Positions 1 to 9,611 of a stretch of DNA of 35,528 nucleotides are shown piece after piece. Below the pieces are notes generated by a model, which was given only the letters and a program-made list of their open reading frames with translations, did not search any database and had not been told where the DNA came from. This DNA is from a virus (Duplodnaviria > Caudoviricetes): the IMG/VR virus record IMGVR_UViG_3300037962_000735, positions 1-35,528 of that record; one strand, given 5' to 3'. The translations under genes were made by a program, and so were the position numbers. Every line of letters begins with the position of its first letter. Within the stretch, counting starts at the first letter, position 1.

Positions 1-1761
1 ATGACCCAATACAGTGACAACCAAAACCCTAAAAGCGATGCACACTCTCCAATAGTCACCGTCAATAATGCACCCAGCGATCAGCCTGCAACGCTCTGGT
101 TAATCGACGATGATGCAGCGCTGCGTATGGTATTGGCCGATACGTTTGAAGATGCTGGATTGACCGTTATCAGTTTTACCCAAGCGCAGGCAGCATGGAC
201 TCGGCTCAATGATGCGCTAAAACAGCAAGAATCAGCCACACAGCTGCCAGACGTAATATTGACTGATATTCGTATGCCAATGATGGATGGATTGTCATTT
301 AGTGACTGGGTACACCAGCACTTTCCGGACATGCCGATTGTCATTATGACAGCGCACTCAGACCTCACCTCTGCGATTAATAGCTATCAGACCGGTGCGT
401 TTGAATACTTGCCAAAGCCCTTTGACCTAGATGATGCTGTTGCCACTATCTATAAAGCGATCAACTACCAGCCAAATATGGCGATAGCCCATTATTCGAA
501 TGAGTCTGATACCCATATCGCGACTGACGCGCTCGCTGACAGTGAGATAACACCTGAAGCACCTACCAGTACACACTCTAAACACAGCAAAAATAAAGCT
601 GAGGTGACAACTGCCTCTAAAGCTAATAGCAATCCGAGCGGTATCATCGGTCAGTCACAAGCCATGCAAACTGTGTTTCGTGCCATTGGTAGATTGGCGC
701 AGTCCCCCATCTCAGTCTTAATTACTGGAGAGTCAGGAACAGGTAAAGAGTTGGTTGCCAGTGCCTTGCATCAGCACTCACCGCGCAAACAGCAACCATT
801 TATCGCACTTAATATGGCAGCCATACCACATGATTTGATTGAGTCTGAATTATTTGGTCACGAAAAAGGCGCGTTCACTGGTGCAACGACAACTCGTCAA
901 GGACGTTTTGAGCAGGCTAATGGCGGTACGTTATTTTTGGACGAAATTGGCGACATGCCCTTTAGTACCCAAACACGTCTGTTACGCGTACTGGCCAATG
1001 GCGAGTTTTATCGCGTTGGTGGACAGCAGCCGATCCAAGTAGATGTCCGTATCATCGCCGCTACTCACCAGAACTTAGAAGAATTAGTCAAACAAAATCG
1101 TTTCCGTGAAGATTTGTTTTATCGTCTCAATGTCATTCGTCTACCGCTGCCACCACTGCGTAAACGCCCCGAAGACATTCCTGCATTAGCGACCTACTTT
1201 ATGCAGTCGGCAGCTGAGCAAATGAACACAACACCGAAACATTTGCATCCTGCGGCCTTACAGATGATGCAGACCTTTGACTGGCGCGGCAATGTGCGTC
1301 AACTTGAGAATGTCTGCCTATGGCTGACAGTGATGGCCACGGGCGACACCGTGATGGCGACAGATTTGCCACCAGAGCTATTAGAAAACACGCCTCTAGA
1401 CTCAGAGCTAGACCAAGAACACGACTCGTCACCACAAGCAAATGCAGAAAACCCTCAGCTGCAAAATAACGATGACTTGAATAATCACAGCCAAAATAAT
1501 CAAGTCACTCACACTCCTGCCAGTCCAAATTGGCAAAAAGCTCTTGCTATCTGGGCTGAGCAGTCTCTCAATACAGGCGAAACTGATATTCTACAAACGG
1601 CCACGCCTGAGTTTGAGCGGGTCTTGCTAACAGCAGCACTCAACCATAGTGGTGGCAAAAAGATAGAAGCAGCAAGCTTACTTGGTTGGGGTCGCAATAC
1701 CCTAACCCGTAAATTACAGCAGTTAGATATCTCTGCACCCAGAGTGCCGTCTAAAGAGTAA
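1..1761 (+). CDS. glnG: Nitrogen regulation response regulator NtrC (sigma54 activator), host gene
   Basis: Receiver domain (LIDDD...TDIRMP...MTAHSDL...KPFD), AAA+ domain with Walker A GESGTGKE, GAFTGA loop and FLDEIGD, C-terminal Fis-type HTH (LLGWGRNTLTRKL). Confidence 0.95.
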   Translation: MTQYSDNQNPKSDAHSPIVTVNNAPSDQPATLWLIDDDAALRMVLADTFEDAGLTVISFTQAQAAWTRLNDALKQQESATQLPDVILTDIRMPMMDGLSFSDWVHQHFPDMPIVIMTAHSDLTSAINSYQTGAFEYLPKPFDLDDAVATIYKAINYQPNMAIAHYSNESDTHIATDALADSEITPEAPTSTHSKHSKNKAEVTTASKANSNPSGIIGQSQAMQTVFRAIGRLAQSPISVLITGESGTGKELVASALHQHSPRKQQPFIALNMAAIPHDLIESELFGHEKGAFTGATTTRQGRFEQANGGTLFLDEIGDMPFSTQTRLLRVLANGEFYRVGGQQPIQVDVRIIAATHQNLEELVKQNRFREDLFYRLNVIRLPLPPLRKRPEDIPALATYFMQSAAEQMNTTPKHLHPAALQMMQTFDWRGNVRQLENVCLWLTVMATGDTVMATDLPPELLENTPLDSELDQEHDSSPQANAENPQLQNNDDLNNHSQNNQVTHTPASPNWQKALAIWAEQSLNTGETDILQTATPEFERVLLTAALNHSGGKKIEAASLLGWGRNTLTRKLQQLDISAPRVPSKE

Positions 1762-1863
1762 ATAAAGGCTTAAAACGCAATATTAAAAAGCCATTAATAT
1801 CAATTATTTATAAAATCAGGTAAAAATAAATGCAAAATAACTAAAAATAATCGCAAATAGGGG

Positions 1864-1891
1864 TTGACCAAAAATTCAAACTCTATATAAT
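1864..1891 (+). promoter_or_regulatory. Sigma70 promoter of the tRNA
   Basis: TTGACC-16 bp-TATAAT, preceded by A-tract UP-element-like sequence. Confidence 0.75.
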
Positions 1892-1980
1892 AGCCAACCA
1901 CTGAGACGCACTACCGAATCAGTTAACTGTCTAGATAGCGTTTGAATTTAATCGCTTTTGATGATAGAGTAACGGAAAAT

Positions 1981-2065
1981 GGGGCTGTGGCGGAATTGGT
2001 AGACGCACCAGATTTAGGTTCTGGCGCCGCAAGGTGTGAGAGTTCGAGTCTCTCCAGCCCCACCA
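1981..2065 (+). tRNA. tRNA-Leu (anticodon TAG); probable prophage integration site
   Basis: Acceptor stem GGGGCTG/CAGCCCC, anticodon arm CCAGA-TTTAGGT-TCTGG, long variable arm, GTTCGA T-loop, encoded CCA; 85 nt. Confidence 0.97.
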
Positions 2066-2103
2066 TTTTCGGATAGTGATAAAAGTTCTCAAACCTATAC
2101 TAG

Positions 2104-2127
2104 ACCTGCTTTCGAGCAGGTTTTTTT
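2104..2127 (+). terminator. Intrinsic terminator after tRNA
   Basis: ACCTGCT-TTCG-AGCAGGT followed by a T-run. Confidence 0.9.
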
Positions 2128-2146
2128 ATGTCTGCAATTTGAGTCT

Positions 2147-2175
2147 AATCCCACGATGGGATAGATCGTGGGATT
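2147..2175. repeat. 11 bp perfect inverted repeat; possible integrase arm-type sites
   Basis: AATCCCACGAT-N7-ATCGTGGGATT; a third CGTGGGATTG at 2256-2265. Confidence 0.55.
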
Positions 2176-2385
2176 GCACAGAACTGACCTATCACCCGCA
2201 AACCTTGTTTTTATTCACGTACAGCGCCTTAACTTCTACATCCCAGATATTTTAGCGTGGGATTGAGTATAAATATCCGTCATATCTCGTCATTTCAAAC
2301 AGCTGGTTATCTGCCCTTTCCCTAGTTACGGCAAAGCCACCGCCATGATCGTCATGGTCGTCGAAAACCATGTTTTTTTATCGTG

Positions 2386-2408
2386 GGCGAGGCGGGGCTT
2401 CGATTGCG
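2386..2408 (+). other. P2-type cos (cohesive end/packaging) site
   Basis: GGCGAGGCGGGG-CTTCGAT-TGCG matches the recalled P2 left end GGCGAGGCGGGG-AAAGCAC-TGCG, in the P2 position just beyond the 3' end of the portal gene. Confidence 0.85.
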
Positions 2409-2421
2409 TTTTTTGAAAGCC

Positions 2422-2449
2422 AAAAAAATCCGCTCGATTTAGAGCGGAT
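2422..2449 (-). terminator. Intrinsic terminator of the terminase-portal operon
   Basis: ATCCGCTC/GAGCGGAT stem with a T-run on the minus strand. Confidence 0.85.
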
Positions 2450-2472
2450 ATATTGATCTTAAAATTGGTTAT

Positions 2473-3486
2473 TTAATCTTCATCTTTGAGTAGCGAGTAG
2501 TCTTTGAATCTGATGACTTCCTCACCTAGCCAATCATTAATCTGTAGCATGGTCTGTTGTAAAGGCATAAGCTCATTGACTGCGAAAACTCTGGCCGCTT
2601 TGATTAGGTCACCAAAGCCCGCCGCATTAGTTGGTGATGCTCCCATCAGTTGAGGTGGTACTCGATGAGCAGCTGCAATATCTATTCGACTCGCTTCTTT
2701 GATTTTAAAGAAGTCATCATTGGCACTGACTTCACTGATCGGTAAGATTTGGATTCCATCCTTTTTACCGTTTGGCGAATACATAAAAAGATTGCGGAAG
2801 TTACCAGGGCCTTTGCTATCTTTCAAAGCTTTACGGATTGCATCGATGTCTTCTTTGTTCGTTGCTGGGTCATTGATGTATAAGATGTACCCAGCGTGGC
2901 TGCCATTTAAATAATACTTACGTCTGAATAAGGTCGCTGACTCATCAAGCCATGCTGCATTCAATGCGGACAAATATTCAGGCGCACCATACACTTCTTG
3001 ATTAACATCAGGCTCAATTATATGGCAGATGTTTTCTGCTTTATATTCATGTGGCTCTGCCCAGCTGTGCGTGGCAAAATAATATTTGTCACCATTGACG
3101 CCGACGCGCATGTATTTACCCAATGGCACGTTTAGCTTCATAGTTTTTTTTGATCGTGACTGTACTCGCTCAACGTATGCGTTGCCAAACGTCAAATGAT
3201 CTAGTGCAAGCTTACTGAAATCACGATGTGATAGTAGAGGATGCGGTATAAAAGTACTGGCCAAGATATTGCGCTTAACAAAGATAGCACTACTATGATG
3301 TGGTGATGCTCTCATCGTCTTAGACAAAGCATCTGGATCATATGGCGGCGCATACCATAGTTGATGATTGTGACATTCACCCCAATACAAAGTTTGCCAT
3401 TGTTCCATCACTGGGATGGGATCGCCGAAGGTAAAAGCCTCCATGCCCGGCATTTCTACCACTGCATGATTTTCTGTTTCATTCAT
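2473..3486 (-). CDS. Q: Phage portal protein (P2 gpQ, PBSX family)
   Basis: Motifs AFTFGDPIPV, HHSSAIFVKRNIL, ESATLFRRKYYLNGSHAG, SKGPGNFRNLFMYSPNGKKDG, AAHRVPPQLMG. Confidence 0.95.
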   Translation of the reverse strand: MNETENHAVVEMPGMEAFTFGDPIPVMEQWQTLYWGECHNHQLWYAPPYDPDALSKTMRASPHHSSAIFVKRNILASTFIPHPLLSHRDFSKLALDHLTFGNAYVERVQSRSKKTMKLNVPLGKYMRVGVNGDKYYFATHSWAEPHEYKAENICHIIEPDVNQEVYGAPEYLSALNAAWLDESATLFRRKYYLNGSHAGYILYINDPATNKEDIDAIRKALKDSKGPGNFRNLFMYSPNGKKDGIQILPISEVSANDDFFKIKEASRIDIAAAHRVPPQLMGASPTNAAGFGDLIKAARVFAVNELMPLQQTMLQINDWLGEEVIRFKDYSLLKDED

Positions 3487-5270
3487 TCAAATATCTCCAG
3501 TGCGGATTCGTCTTCACCTTGAGCAATTGCCAAAGGCTCTCTATGTAGTGCGTGCATTAATGCCCATGCTAGATCCGCATGGCCAGTATCTTCATTGCGG
3601 TCGGCTTTATAAGTGACCGCTTTTTCGCTGCTAGTGATTGTTTTGTGTATCGAAGTAAACGCGCCTACTACATCCGTCCATTCGTGGTCAAAAGTTAAGC
3701 GGCCTTTTTTGATAACGTCCTTTGTCTTTAGGACAAATTGCTGCTTCAACTCTGGGCTGTAATGCAGCTTGACAGCTTGCGGATAAAACTTAATCACTGA
3801 CTGATAAACACCAATGCCAAGGCCGGTCACGTCAATAGCTATATATTCAACGTTATACTTTTCTGTCATTTCTCTGATGACGTTTGCTTGTGCTTCGAAG
3901 TCTGGGTTTTTAAACTGCAAACGCTCAATGCCGCGTATCATGCCGTTTGGTGTACTTGGTGCTGCTAATATCACAAGTCCAGCGCTATCACGGCTCAATG
4001 ACGGATCATAGCCAAGCCATACTGGCTGATTACCAAGTGGCCTTGGCGTATAAGGCTTCCAGTCATCCCATATCTCTAACGTATCGACCATGCATGACTG
4101 TAGTTCGCTGACACTAAAAGCGGATAACGTGTCATCAATAAATTCACACATCAGCAAGTTATTGAACTCGTCCTCGCTGTATTCCATCCGCAAGTCATCA
4201 ATGTCGAACAGGTCACAACCACCGTTCATAGCGTCATAGACATTGACGACTTGCCGCCATTGTTTATCACCGCACAACTTGCCATTTTTTAGGTTATGCG
4301 GCGTCACATCTATTTCGATTCGGTCATCACCTTTACGGCCACGGTTATACAGTTGGCCAGTCCAAAACTTATATGCTTGGTGCTGCTTAGATGATGGCGT
4401 TGATATGTATGTCTGACGCCATTTTTTGTGCATGGCCATACCTGATGCAACTTTTCTGAATTCAATAAACTTATGAATCCAAAAATATTCGTCCATGTAT
4501 ACGTTGCCGTGATACGACTGCGCGGTACGGCTGTTTGTACCCAAAAAATACAGGCTTGCGCTGTAGTCCTTTTCTGGGCCTTCTATGTTTAGCGTGATTG
4601 GATCACCGGTCAGCTCGATCCCTGCAGTTTCCATCGCCCATGCAATGATGTATTCGCGGAATACACGCGCCTGAGCCTTGGATGCGGATAAAAATATTTG
4701 ATTACGGCCAGTCTCAATGGCATCAAGAAAAGCTTCACGCGCAAAGTACCAAGTTGCGCCAATTTGGCGTGACTTTAATAGGTTACGGATACGATTAGTG
4801 AGACCTGCGCTGTACCAGACTTTTTGATAATCAAATAAGCAATCTCTGAATGAATCTTTGAACTTATCGATATCATCTATTTGTATGACGTTTGAAGGGT
4901 TTTTTTGTCCTGCTTTGCGCCCACGGTTGGATAGGTTGGGATTGAGATCCGACTGTTTGCCAGACTCTTTATATTTATGGATCTTGGCCATTCTCTCTAC
5001 TTGACGACCAAGCAGATCAATCTCTTTGAAGTCTTTACCAGTCTTATCGTCCTTGTTAATCAGCTGTACCAATCGCGCTTCGAGCGTGGACTCTACTCGA
5101 TCTAGAGGCTTTGCTTCATCCCAACCGTCTGATTTTTTCCATCCATCTACGGTCGTGCGCGGCGTACTGATCATTTCTGCAATCGCGCTGATACTCCAAC
5201 CTTGCCAATAGAGACCACGGGCAACGGTTTTGGGGTTCTCTCCAGTCGGTAGGGTGATAAGGGCAGACAT
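3483..5270 (-). CDS. P: Terminase large (ATPase) subunit (P2 gpP)
   Basis: N-terminal LYWQGW HTH, KSRQIGATWYFAREA, YMDEYFWI Walker B, GYDPS and GHADLAWA nuclease motifs. Confidence 0.95.
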   Translation of the reverse strand: MSALITLPTGENPKTVARGLYWQGWSISAIAEMISTPRTTVDGWKKSDGWDEAKPLDRVESTLEARLVQLINKDDKTGKDFKEIDLLGRQVERMAKIHKYKESGKQSDLNPNLSNRGRKAGQKNPSNVIQIDDIDKFKDSFRDCLFDYQKVWYSAGLTNRIRNLLKSRQIGATWYFAREAFLDAIETGRNQIFLSASKAQARVFREYIIAWAMETAGIELTGDPITLNIEGPEKDYSASLYFLGTNSRTAQSYHGNVYMDEYFWIHKFIEFRKVASGMAMHKKWRQTYISTPSSKQHQAYKFWTGQLYNRGRKGDDRIEIDVTPHNLKNGKLCGDKQWRQVVNVYDAMNGGCDLFDIDDLRMEYSEDEFNNLLMCEFIDDTLSAFSVSELQSCMVDTLEIWDDWKPYTPRPLGNQPVWLGYDPSLSRDSAGLVILAAPSTPNGMIRGIERLQFKNPDFEAQANVIREMTEKYNVEYIAIDVTGLGIGVYQSVIKFYPQAVKLHYSPELKQQFVLKTKDVIKKGRLTFDHEWTDVVGAFTSIHKTITSSEKAVTYKADRNEDTGHADLAWALMHALHREPLAIAQGEDESALEIFE

Positions 5271-5331
5271 TAACGCAGCTCATAAGGGTATGACGCTACT
5301 TTGGTTTATCAGCCTCTCTATATCATGCTTG

Positions 5332-5371
5332 TTTTGCGTGTATTTGCTCAATCCACGCTTTTTTGTTTTGT
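5332..5371. promoter_or_regulatory. Late-promoter activator (Ogr) site between divergent P and O operons
   Basis: Dyad GCGTG-N13-CACGC inside a 40 bp block that is 39/40 identical to 11420-11459. Confidence 0.75.
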
Positions 5372-5443
5372 TTTTGCATATCGCAATAGGTCAAAGTAAA
5401 GCTTTAAAAATGACTTCCCTTTTATCTAACTCATGGACCGTCT

Positions 5444-6280
5444 ATGACTACCAAAACTTTTCGAGTTGCACGCGCCGGACAGACTACGGACGGCCGTGAA
5501 ATCACTCGCGAACAGATCACCCAAATGGCCGCCGGCTATAATCCAGAAGTATACGGTGCACGGGTAAATTTAGAACATTACCGTGCAATGTTCCCAAATT
5601 CTGACTTTCGCTGTTATGGCGATGTGATATCGCTATCGACTGAAGAAGTTGATGATCATTTATATCTATTGGCAGAAGTTGATCCAACGCCTGAATTGAT
5701 CGCGCTCGCCAAGTCGAAGCAAAAGGTTTATTTCTCTATTGAGTTCTATCCAGAATTTGCTGATACCAAAGAAGCTTATATGGTTGGTTTAGCTTGTACC
5801 GATAGTCCTGCCTCACTTGGCACCAGCTATATGAAGTTTTGCCAACAGAACCCCGACGATAGCCCCTTATCTGCTCGCAAACAAAACCCTGACACCTACA
5901 TTTCCACTGCCGAAAGCGCTTGGGAGTATAAAGAAGAGCCAAAATCAGTCTTTGCAACCGTCAAAGATATGTTTGCCGCACCTGTCACACCTAAAACAGA
6001 TAAAGACAAAGAGCTGGCCACCGCACAAGCTTTTGCTGAACTGCCGGCAACCATCAAAAGCTTCCAAGATGTTATGCAAACAATGGCAAGTTCTATTGAC
6101 ACGATCAACGCCTCTATTGGTCATTTGAACACCACGGTATCTGATTTTGCTGAAAAGCAAAACGAAGTTGAAACGTCTTTAAAGAGCGTGCAAGACAATC
6201 TTGATAATACGCCTGAAGACAATTATACCCAGCGTCCGGCTGCCACCGGTTCATCTGATTATGTCAAGTCTGACTGTTAG
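5444..6280 (+). CDS. O: Capsid scaffolding protein/protease (P2 gpO)
   Basis: FRVARAGQTTDGREI, YGARVNLEH, GLACTDSPASLGT, C-terminal RPAATG...SDC. Confidence 0.93.
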   Translation: MTTKTFRVARAGQTTDGREITREQITQMAAGYNPEVYGARVNLEHYRAMFPNSDFRCYGDVISLSTEEVDDHLYLLAEVDPTPELIALAKSKQKVYFSIEFYPEFADTKEAYMVGLACTDSPASLGTSYMKFCQQNPDDSPLSARKQNPDTYISTAESAWEYKEEPKSVFATVKDMFAAPVTPKTDKDKELATAQAFAELPATIKSFQDVMQTMASSIDTINASIGHLNTTVSDFAEKQNEVETSLKSVQDNLDNTPEDNYTQRPAATGSSDYVKSDC

Positions 6281-6322
6281 GCTAAACGGCAACTAAAATC
6301 AATTATCTAGGACAAACACAAT

Positions 6323-7342
6323 ATGAAAAATACTACCCGTCAGCAGTTTAATGGCTATCTTGCAAATCAAGCAGAGCTAAATGGCGTACCAAGCGCTACC
6401 GAGCAATACACGGTCGAGCCATCAGTACAACAAAAAGTTGAAACCCGAGTTCAAGAATCAAGCGAGTTTTTGAAAAAGATTAACGTCATCCCTGTTACCG
6501 ATCAAAAAGGTGAAGCGCTTGGGCTTGGTATTAGTGGCGGTATCGCAAGCCGTACCAACACCAAAAACGGTAAGCGCCGTGAACCGAAAAACGTTGGTGA
6601 AGTGGGCCCTATTTACACTTATGTATGTGAAAAGACAGACTTTGATACTGCTATCCCTTACAACAAGCTAGACAGCTGGGCGCGTGACCCAAAGTTCCAA
6701 GAGAAAATTCGTGACGCGGTACTAAAACAGCAAGCGCTCGATCGTATCACTGTCGGTTTTAACGGCACTCATGTCGCCGCTGATACTGACATTGATGTCA
6801 ATCCGTTGTTGCAAGATGTCAATATCGGCTGGTTGCAGAAATACCGTGATAACGCACCTGAGTCAGTAATGACTGAATCAGAAGTGGGTACCAGCAAAGT
6901 CTCTGTTGGCGCGTCTGCCACTAGCTATAAAAACCTTGATGCTCTGGTTAAAGACTGTGTTGATCAGCTGATTGATCCTATCGTCCGTGATGATAGTGAT
7001 TTGCGCGTGATTTTGGGTCGTAACCTCAAGCAAAGCCGTGATTTCAACATGGTCAATGACAACAACACGCCAAGCGAGGTTATCGCGGTCAATAGCTTAT
7101 TAATGCTCGATAAAGTGGGTGGTATTACGATTGAACCAACTCCGCCAAATTTCCCTGCTGACGGCATTTTGATCACACCTTTAGATAATCTATCAATTTA
7201 CTATCAAGAAGGCAGCCGCCGCCGCAATCATAAAGATGAGCCAGAGTATGACCGCGTCGCCTTTTACGAATCAGACAACGAAGCGTATGTGGTTGAAAAC
7301 TACAAAGCTGGCTGCTTGATTGAAAATGTTGAGCTTGTCTAA
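6323..7342 (+). CDS. N: Major capsid protein (P2 gpN)
   Basis: MKNTTRQQFNGY, VEPSVQQ, QESSEFLKKIN, NPLLQDVNIGWLQKYR, LDNLSIYYQEGSRRR. Confidence 0.96.
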   Translation: MKNTTRQQFNGYLANQAELNGVPSATEQYTVEPSVQQKVETRVQESSEFLKKINVIPVTDQKGEALGLGISGGIASRTNTKNGKRREPKNVGEVGPIYTYVCEKTDFDTAIPYNKLDSWARDPKFQEKIRDAVLKQQALDRITVGFNGTHVAADTDIDVNPLLQDVNIGWLQKYRDNAPESVMTESEVGTSKVSVGASATSYKNLDALVKDCVDQLIDPIVRDDSDLRVILGRNLKQSRDFNMVNDNNTPSEVIAVNSLLMLDKVGGITIEPTPPNFPADGILITPLDNLSIYYQEGSRRRNHKDEPEYDRVAFYESDNEAYVVENYKAGCLIENVELV

Positions 7343-7387
7343 TGACTGAAGGATGGGACGGATGAAAATTAACGAAGGATGGGAATT

Positions 7388-8149
7388 ATGAGCGACAACA
7401 TGACCCCAGCGCAGCGACATCGCCAGGCCGCGCTGGCACAAAAAGAAGTAGTGAATATCACGGTGGGCCCTAATAGCGCCTACCGCTTATTGCAATTAAA
7501 ACTACGTGAAGACAAGCAGCTGCTCAAATCTAAGCAGTCAATCCAAGCCAAGATTGAGCTAAAACGCGAATTGGTCGGACACTACGACGAATGGATCAAC
7601 GCAAGCTTGGCATCTGGCAAAGGCGATCAAGACAATCTATTGACCACGCTTATGCTTTGGCATATCGATATCGGTAGCTTTGAGCGTGCGCTTGATATCG
7701 CTGACTATGCGATGACTCATAAGCTCAAAATGCCCGACGCACACCAGCGCACGCTTGCAACGGTAGTCGCTGAAGAGATTGCTGACACTGCCAAAAAACT
7801 GGCTGCCAGTGGTGAGATCACTGATGAGCAAATCGCGCAAGTATTGCGAGCATCAACCATAACAGCTGAAGAAGACATGCCTGATCAGGTACGTGCAAAA
7901 CTCGCACGTCAAGTAGGTGAGTTGACTGAGGCTGTCAATCCAGTATTTGCATTAGATAACTTTCAAAATGCGCTGAAGTTTGACGAAAATAGTGGTGTAA
8001 AAGGCTCTATCAAACGTCTTGAAAAACAGCTAAAAGATGCTGAGCTCAAACCTAAAGATGAAGCACCTGCAGTTCAAGAAATAGTACTAGATCCACCAAC
8101 GATTGAGGCTATTCAATCCGATTCGTCTGAAGTACTAAAGGAATCATAA
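7388..8149 (+). CDS. M: Terminase small/endonuclease subunit (P2 gpM)
   Basis: MTPAQRHR, SIQAKIELKREL, LMLWHIDIG, DMPDQVRAKL, GVKGSIKRLEK. Start placed at 7388 on RBS spacing (ORF open from 7379). Confidence 0.9.
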   Translation: MSDNMTPAQRHRQAALAQKEVVNITVGPNSAYRLLQLKLREDKQLLKSKQSIQAKIELKRELVGHYDEWINASLASGKGDQDNLLTTLMLWHIDIGSFERALDIADYAMTHKLKMPDAHQRTLATVVAEEIADTAKKLAASGEITDEQIAQVLRASTITAEEDMPDQVRAKLARQVGELTEAVNPVFALDNFQNALKFDENSGVKGSIKRLEKQLKDAELKPKDEAPAVQEIVLDPPTIEAIQSDSSEVLKES

Positions 8150-8151
8150 TT

Positions 8152-8448
8152 ATGCAAGTTATCACTGTTGAGTTTTTAACGTCTGAAATTGTACCTAATG
8201 GTGTTACGTTTACTCGACTAGGCGCAAAGCTTACTCACTGCCAGATTGAAACTAAGTCTGGGTTCGTCTTTACAGGTGAAAGCGCCTGTGTAGATCCTTC
8301 TCGATATAACCAAGCAATGGGTGAAAAGATCGCTTATCAAAATGCACTCGACAAGATGTGGGAGCCTTACGGACTTTGGCTTTCAAAAGTTTTGCATGAC
8401 AAGAACAATCCAGATTCGCCTGAACTACTAGGCGACAACAACTCGTAG
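8152..8448 (+). CDS. N4 Gp49/Sf6 gp66-family protein, inserted in the head operon
   Basis: LTHCQIETKSGFVFTGESACVDPSRYNQAMGEKIAYQNALDKMW matches the family signature G-F-x-x-T-G-E-S-A-C...G-x-K-I-A. Confidence 0.8.
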   Translation: MQVITVEFLTSEIVPNGVTFTRLGAKLTHCQIETKSGFVFTGESACVDPSRYNQAMGEKIAYQNALDKMWEPYGLWLSKVLHDKNNPDSPELLGDNNS

Positions 8449-8457
8449 CCGCGAGCC

Positions 8458-8516
8458 GAGGCGGCTCATAACTGCATTCAGTTGATACTGCACATGACAA
8501 TTATGACCACCGCCTC
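8458..8516 (+). other. Structured RNA element upstream of gene L
   Basis: Nested stems GAGGCGG/CCGCCTC and TCATAA/TTATGA. Confidence 0.55.
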
Positions 8517-8554
8517 ACCCTATTTTATTTTTCTTATCAATATTTGGAGTTGTT

Positions 8555-9007
8555 ATGGGTTTTAGTGCTGTCAATCCAGTCAGTGATGATGTTGTCACTA
8601 CTCCGCCATTTATGCCTAATCTGTCAGTACGTGTTTTTAGCGAAGCGATGAAGCTTGACGGTACGGTAACACCAGCACGAATGAAATATGCGTTAACTGA
8701 CGCTGCAAATGACGTCTGTCGTGAGCTGAAGGGTTGGACTGCCAACGCTCTACATGAACATGGCGTCCTGACTCTAGCAGAATATGACTTGGCTCAAGAC
8801 ACAGATAAGTGCTTCAGCTTTAAAAAAGCTGTCTATAACTTTGCTAAAGCAAAACTCACTGAACACTACCGTGATTATGACACTGGTCGTGATGCAACCT
8901 CACGCAGCAAAGAGTTAACACCAACTATCGATAGCTGCTATCGCAATGCACGCAATGCAATTGCTGATATCAAAGATGAGCCGCATTCAACCATTGAGCT
9001 TATCTGA
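8555..9007 (+). CDS. L: Head completion/stabilisation protein (P2 gpL)
   Basis: LDGTVTPARM, KKAVYNFAKAKLTEHYRDYDT, RNAIADI...TIELI. Confidence 0.9.
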   Translation: MGFSAVNPVSDDVVTTPPFMPNLSVRVFSEAMKLDGTVTPARMKYALTDAANDVCRELKGWTANALHEHGVLTLAEYDLAQDTDKCFSFKKAVYNFAKAKLTEHYRDYDTGRDATSRSKELTPTIDSCYRNARNAIADIKDEPHSTIELI

Positions 9008-9213
9008 TGCGTGTTGTATCGACATTGCAAGGCGACACAGTAGATTTGATCTGCTTACGCTATTTCAGCTTCACTGGCGGCGTTACTGAACAAGTTATGG
9101 ATCTCAATCCGCATCTGGTTGGTTACGATCTTGTATTGCCTACCGGCGTTGATATCCAATTGCCAGACGCGCCCGAACGTACACAAAAGCAGGTCATTCA
9201 ATTATGGACGTAA
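9007..9213 (+). CDS. X: Tail protein X
   Basis: QGDTVDLICLRY...NPHL...LPTG...IQLW (LysM-like gpX). Confidence 0.92.
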   Translation: MRVVSTLQGDTVDLICLRYFSFTGGVTEQVMDLNPHLVGYDLVLPTGVDIQLPDAPERTQKQVIQLWT

Positions 9214-9611
9214 CTCAAATTCAGGTATTAACGATTGATGATGTTATGAGTAACCATCTGCAATGGTTGTTGATTACTTTGCCTGTTATCTGGGCTGCTG
9301 CTGGTGGCGCTTGCATTCGTCTATTGTTGATCCGCGCCGAGCCTTTTCGGATGCGATCTCAAAATGCGACTGCGGGTGTATTGCTTGCAGTGATGCTGTC
9401 GGATATTACTGCAAAACTATTGACGGGTGGCAACTATGCCACTGGCTACGCAGTCATTTATGGCATGGTCGGACGAGAATTGTTTGTCACATTTTATGAC
9501 TTTGTGAATGACAATGTACGACCCCTTCTAATGTCTGCTTTGCGTCATTTTTTCCCTTTTTTATTCAAAGATAAACCAGCCAACGAGGCGGACAATCATG
9601 ATCATTCTTGA
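9204..9611 (+). CDS. Putative holin (about 3 TM segments)
   Basis: Hydrophobic segments, charged C-terminus, holin position between X and the endolysin. Confidence 0.6.
   Translation: MDVTQIQVLTIDDVMSNHLQWLLITLPVIWAAAGGACIRLLLIRAEPFRMRSQNATAGVLLAVMLSDITAKLLTGGNYATGYAVIYGMVGRELFVTFYDFVNDNVRPLLMSALRHFFPFLFKDKPANEADNHDHS

Noticed and set aside
470-640. Long low-complexity linkers in NtrC (also about 1390-1520)
   Set aside because: In-frame polar interdomain expansions with all functional motifs intact; not evidence of a new system.
81-1697. Short alternative-frame and antisense ORFs inside ntrC (likewise within T, primase and int)
   Set aside because: They are shadows of long conserved genes, with no RBS or motifs.
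5230-5499. 89 aa ORF across the P/O intergenic region
   Set aside because: It overlaps both divergent genes and the late promoter; likely spurious.
7348-7384. Direct repeat GAAGGATGGGA between N and M
   Set aside because: Only two short purine-rich copies overlapping the RBS; no further support.
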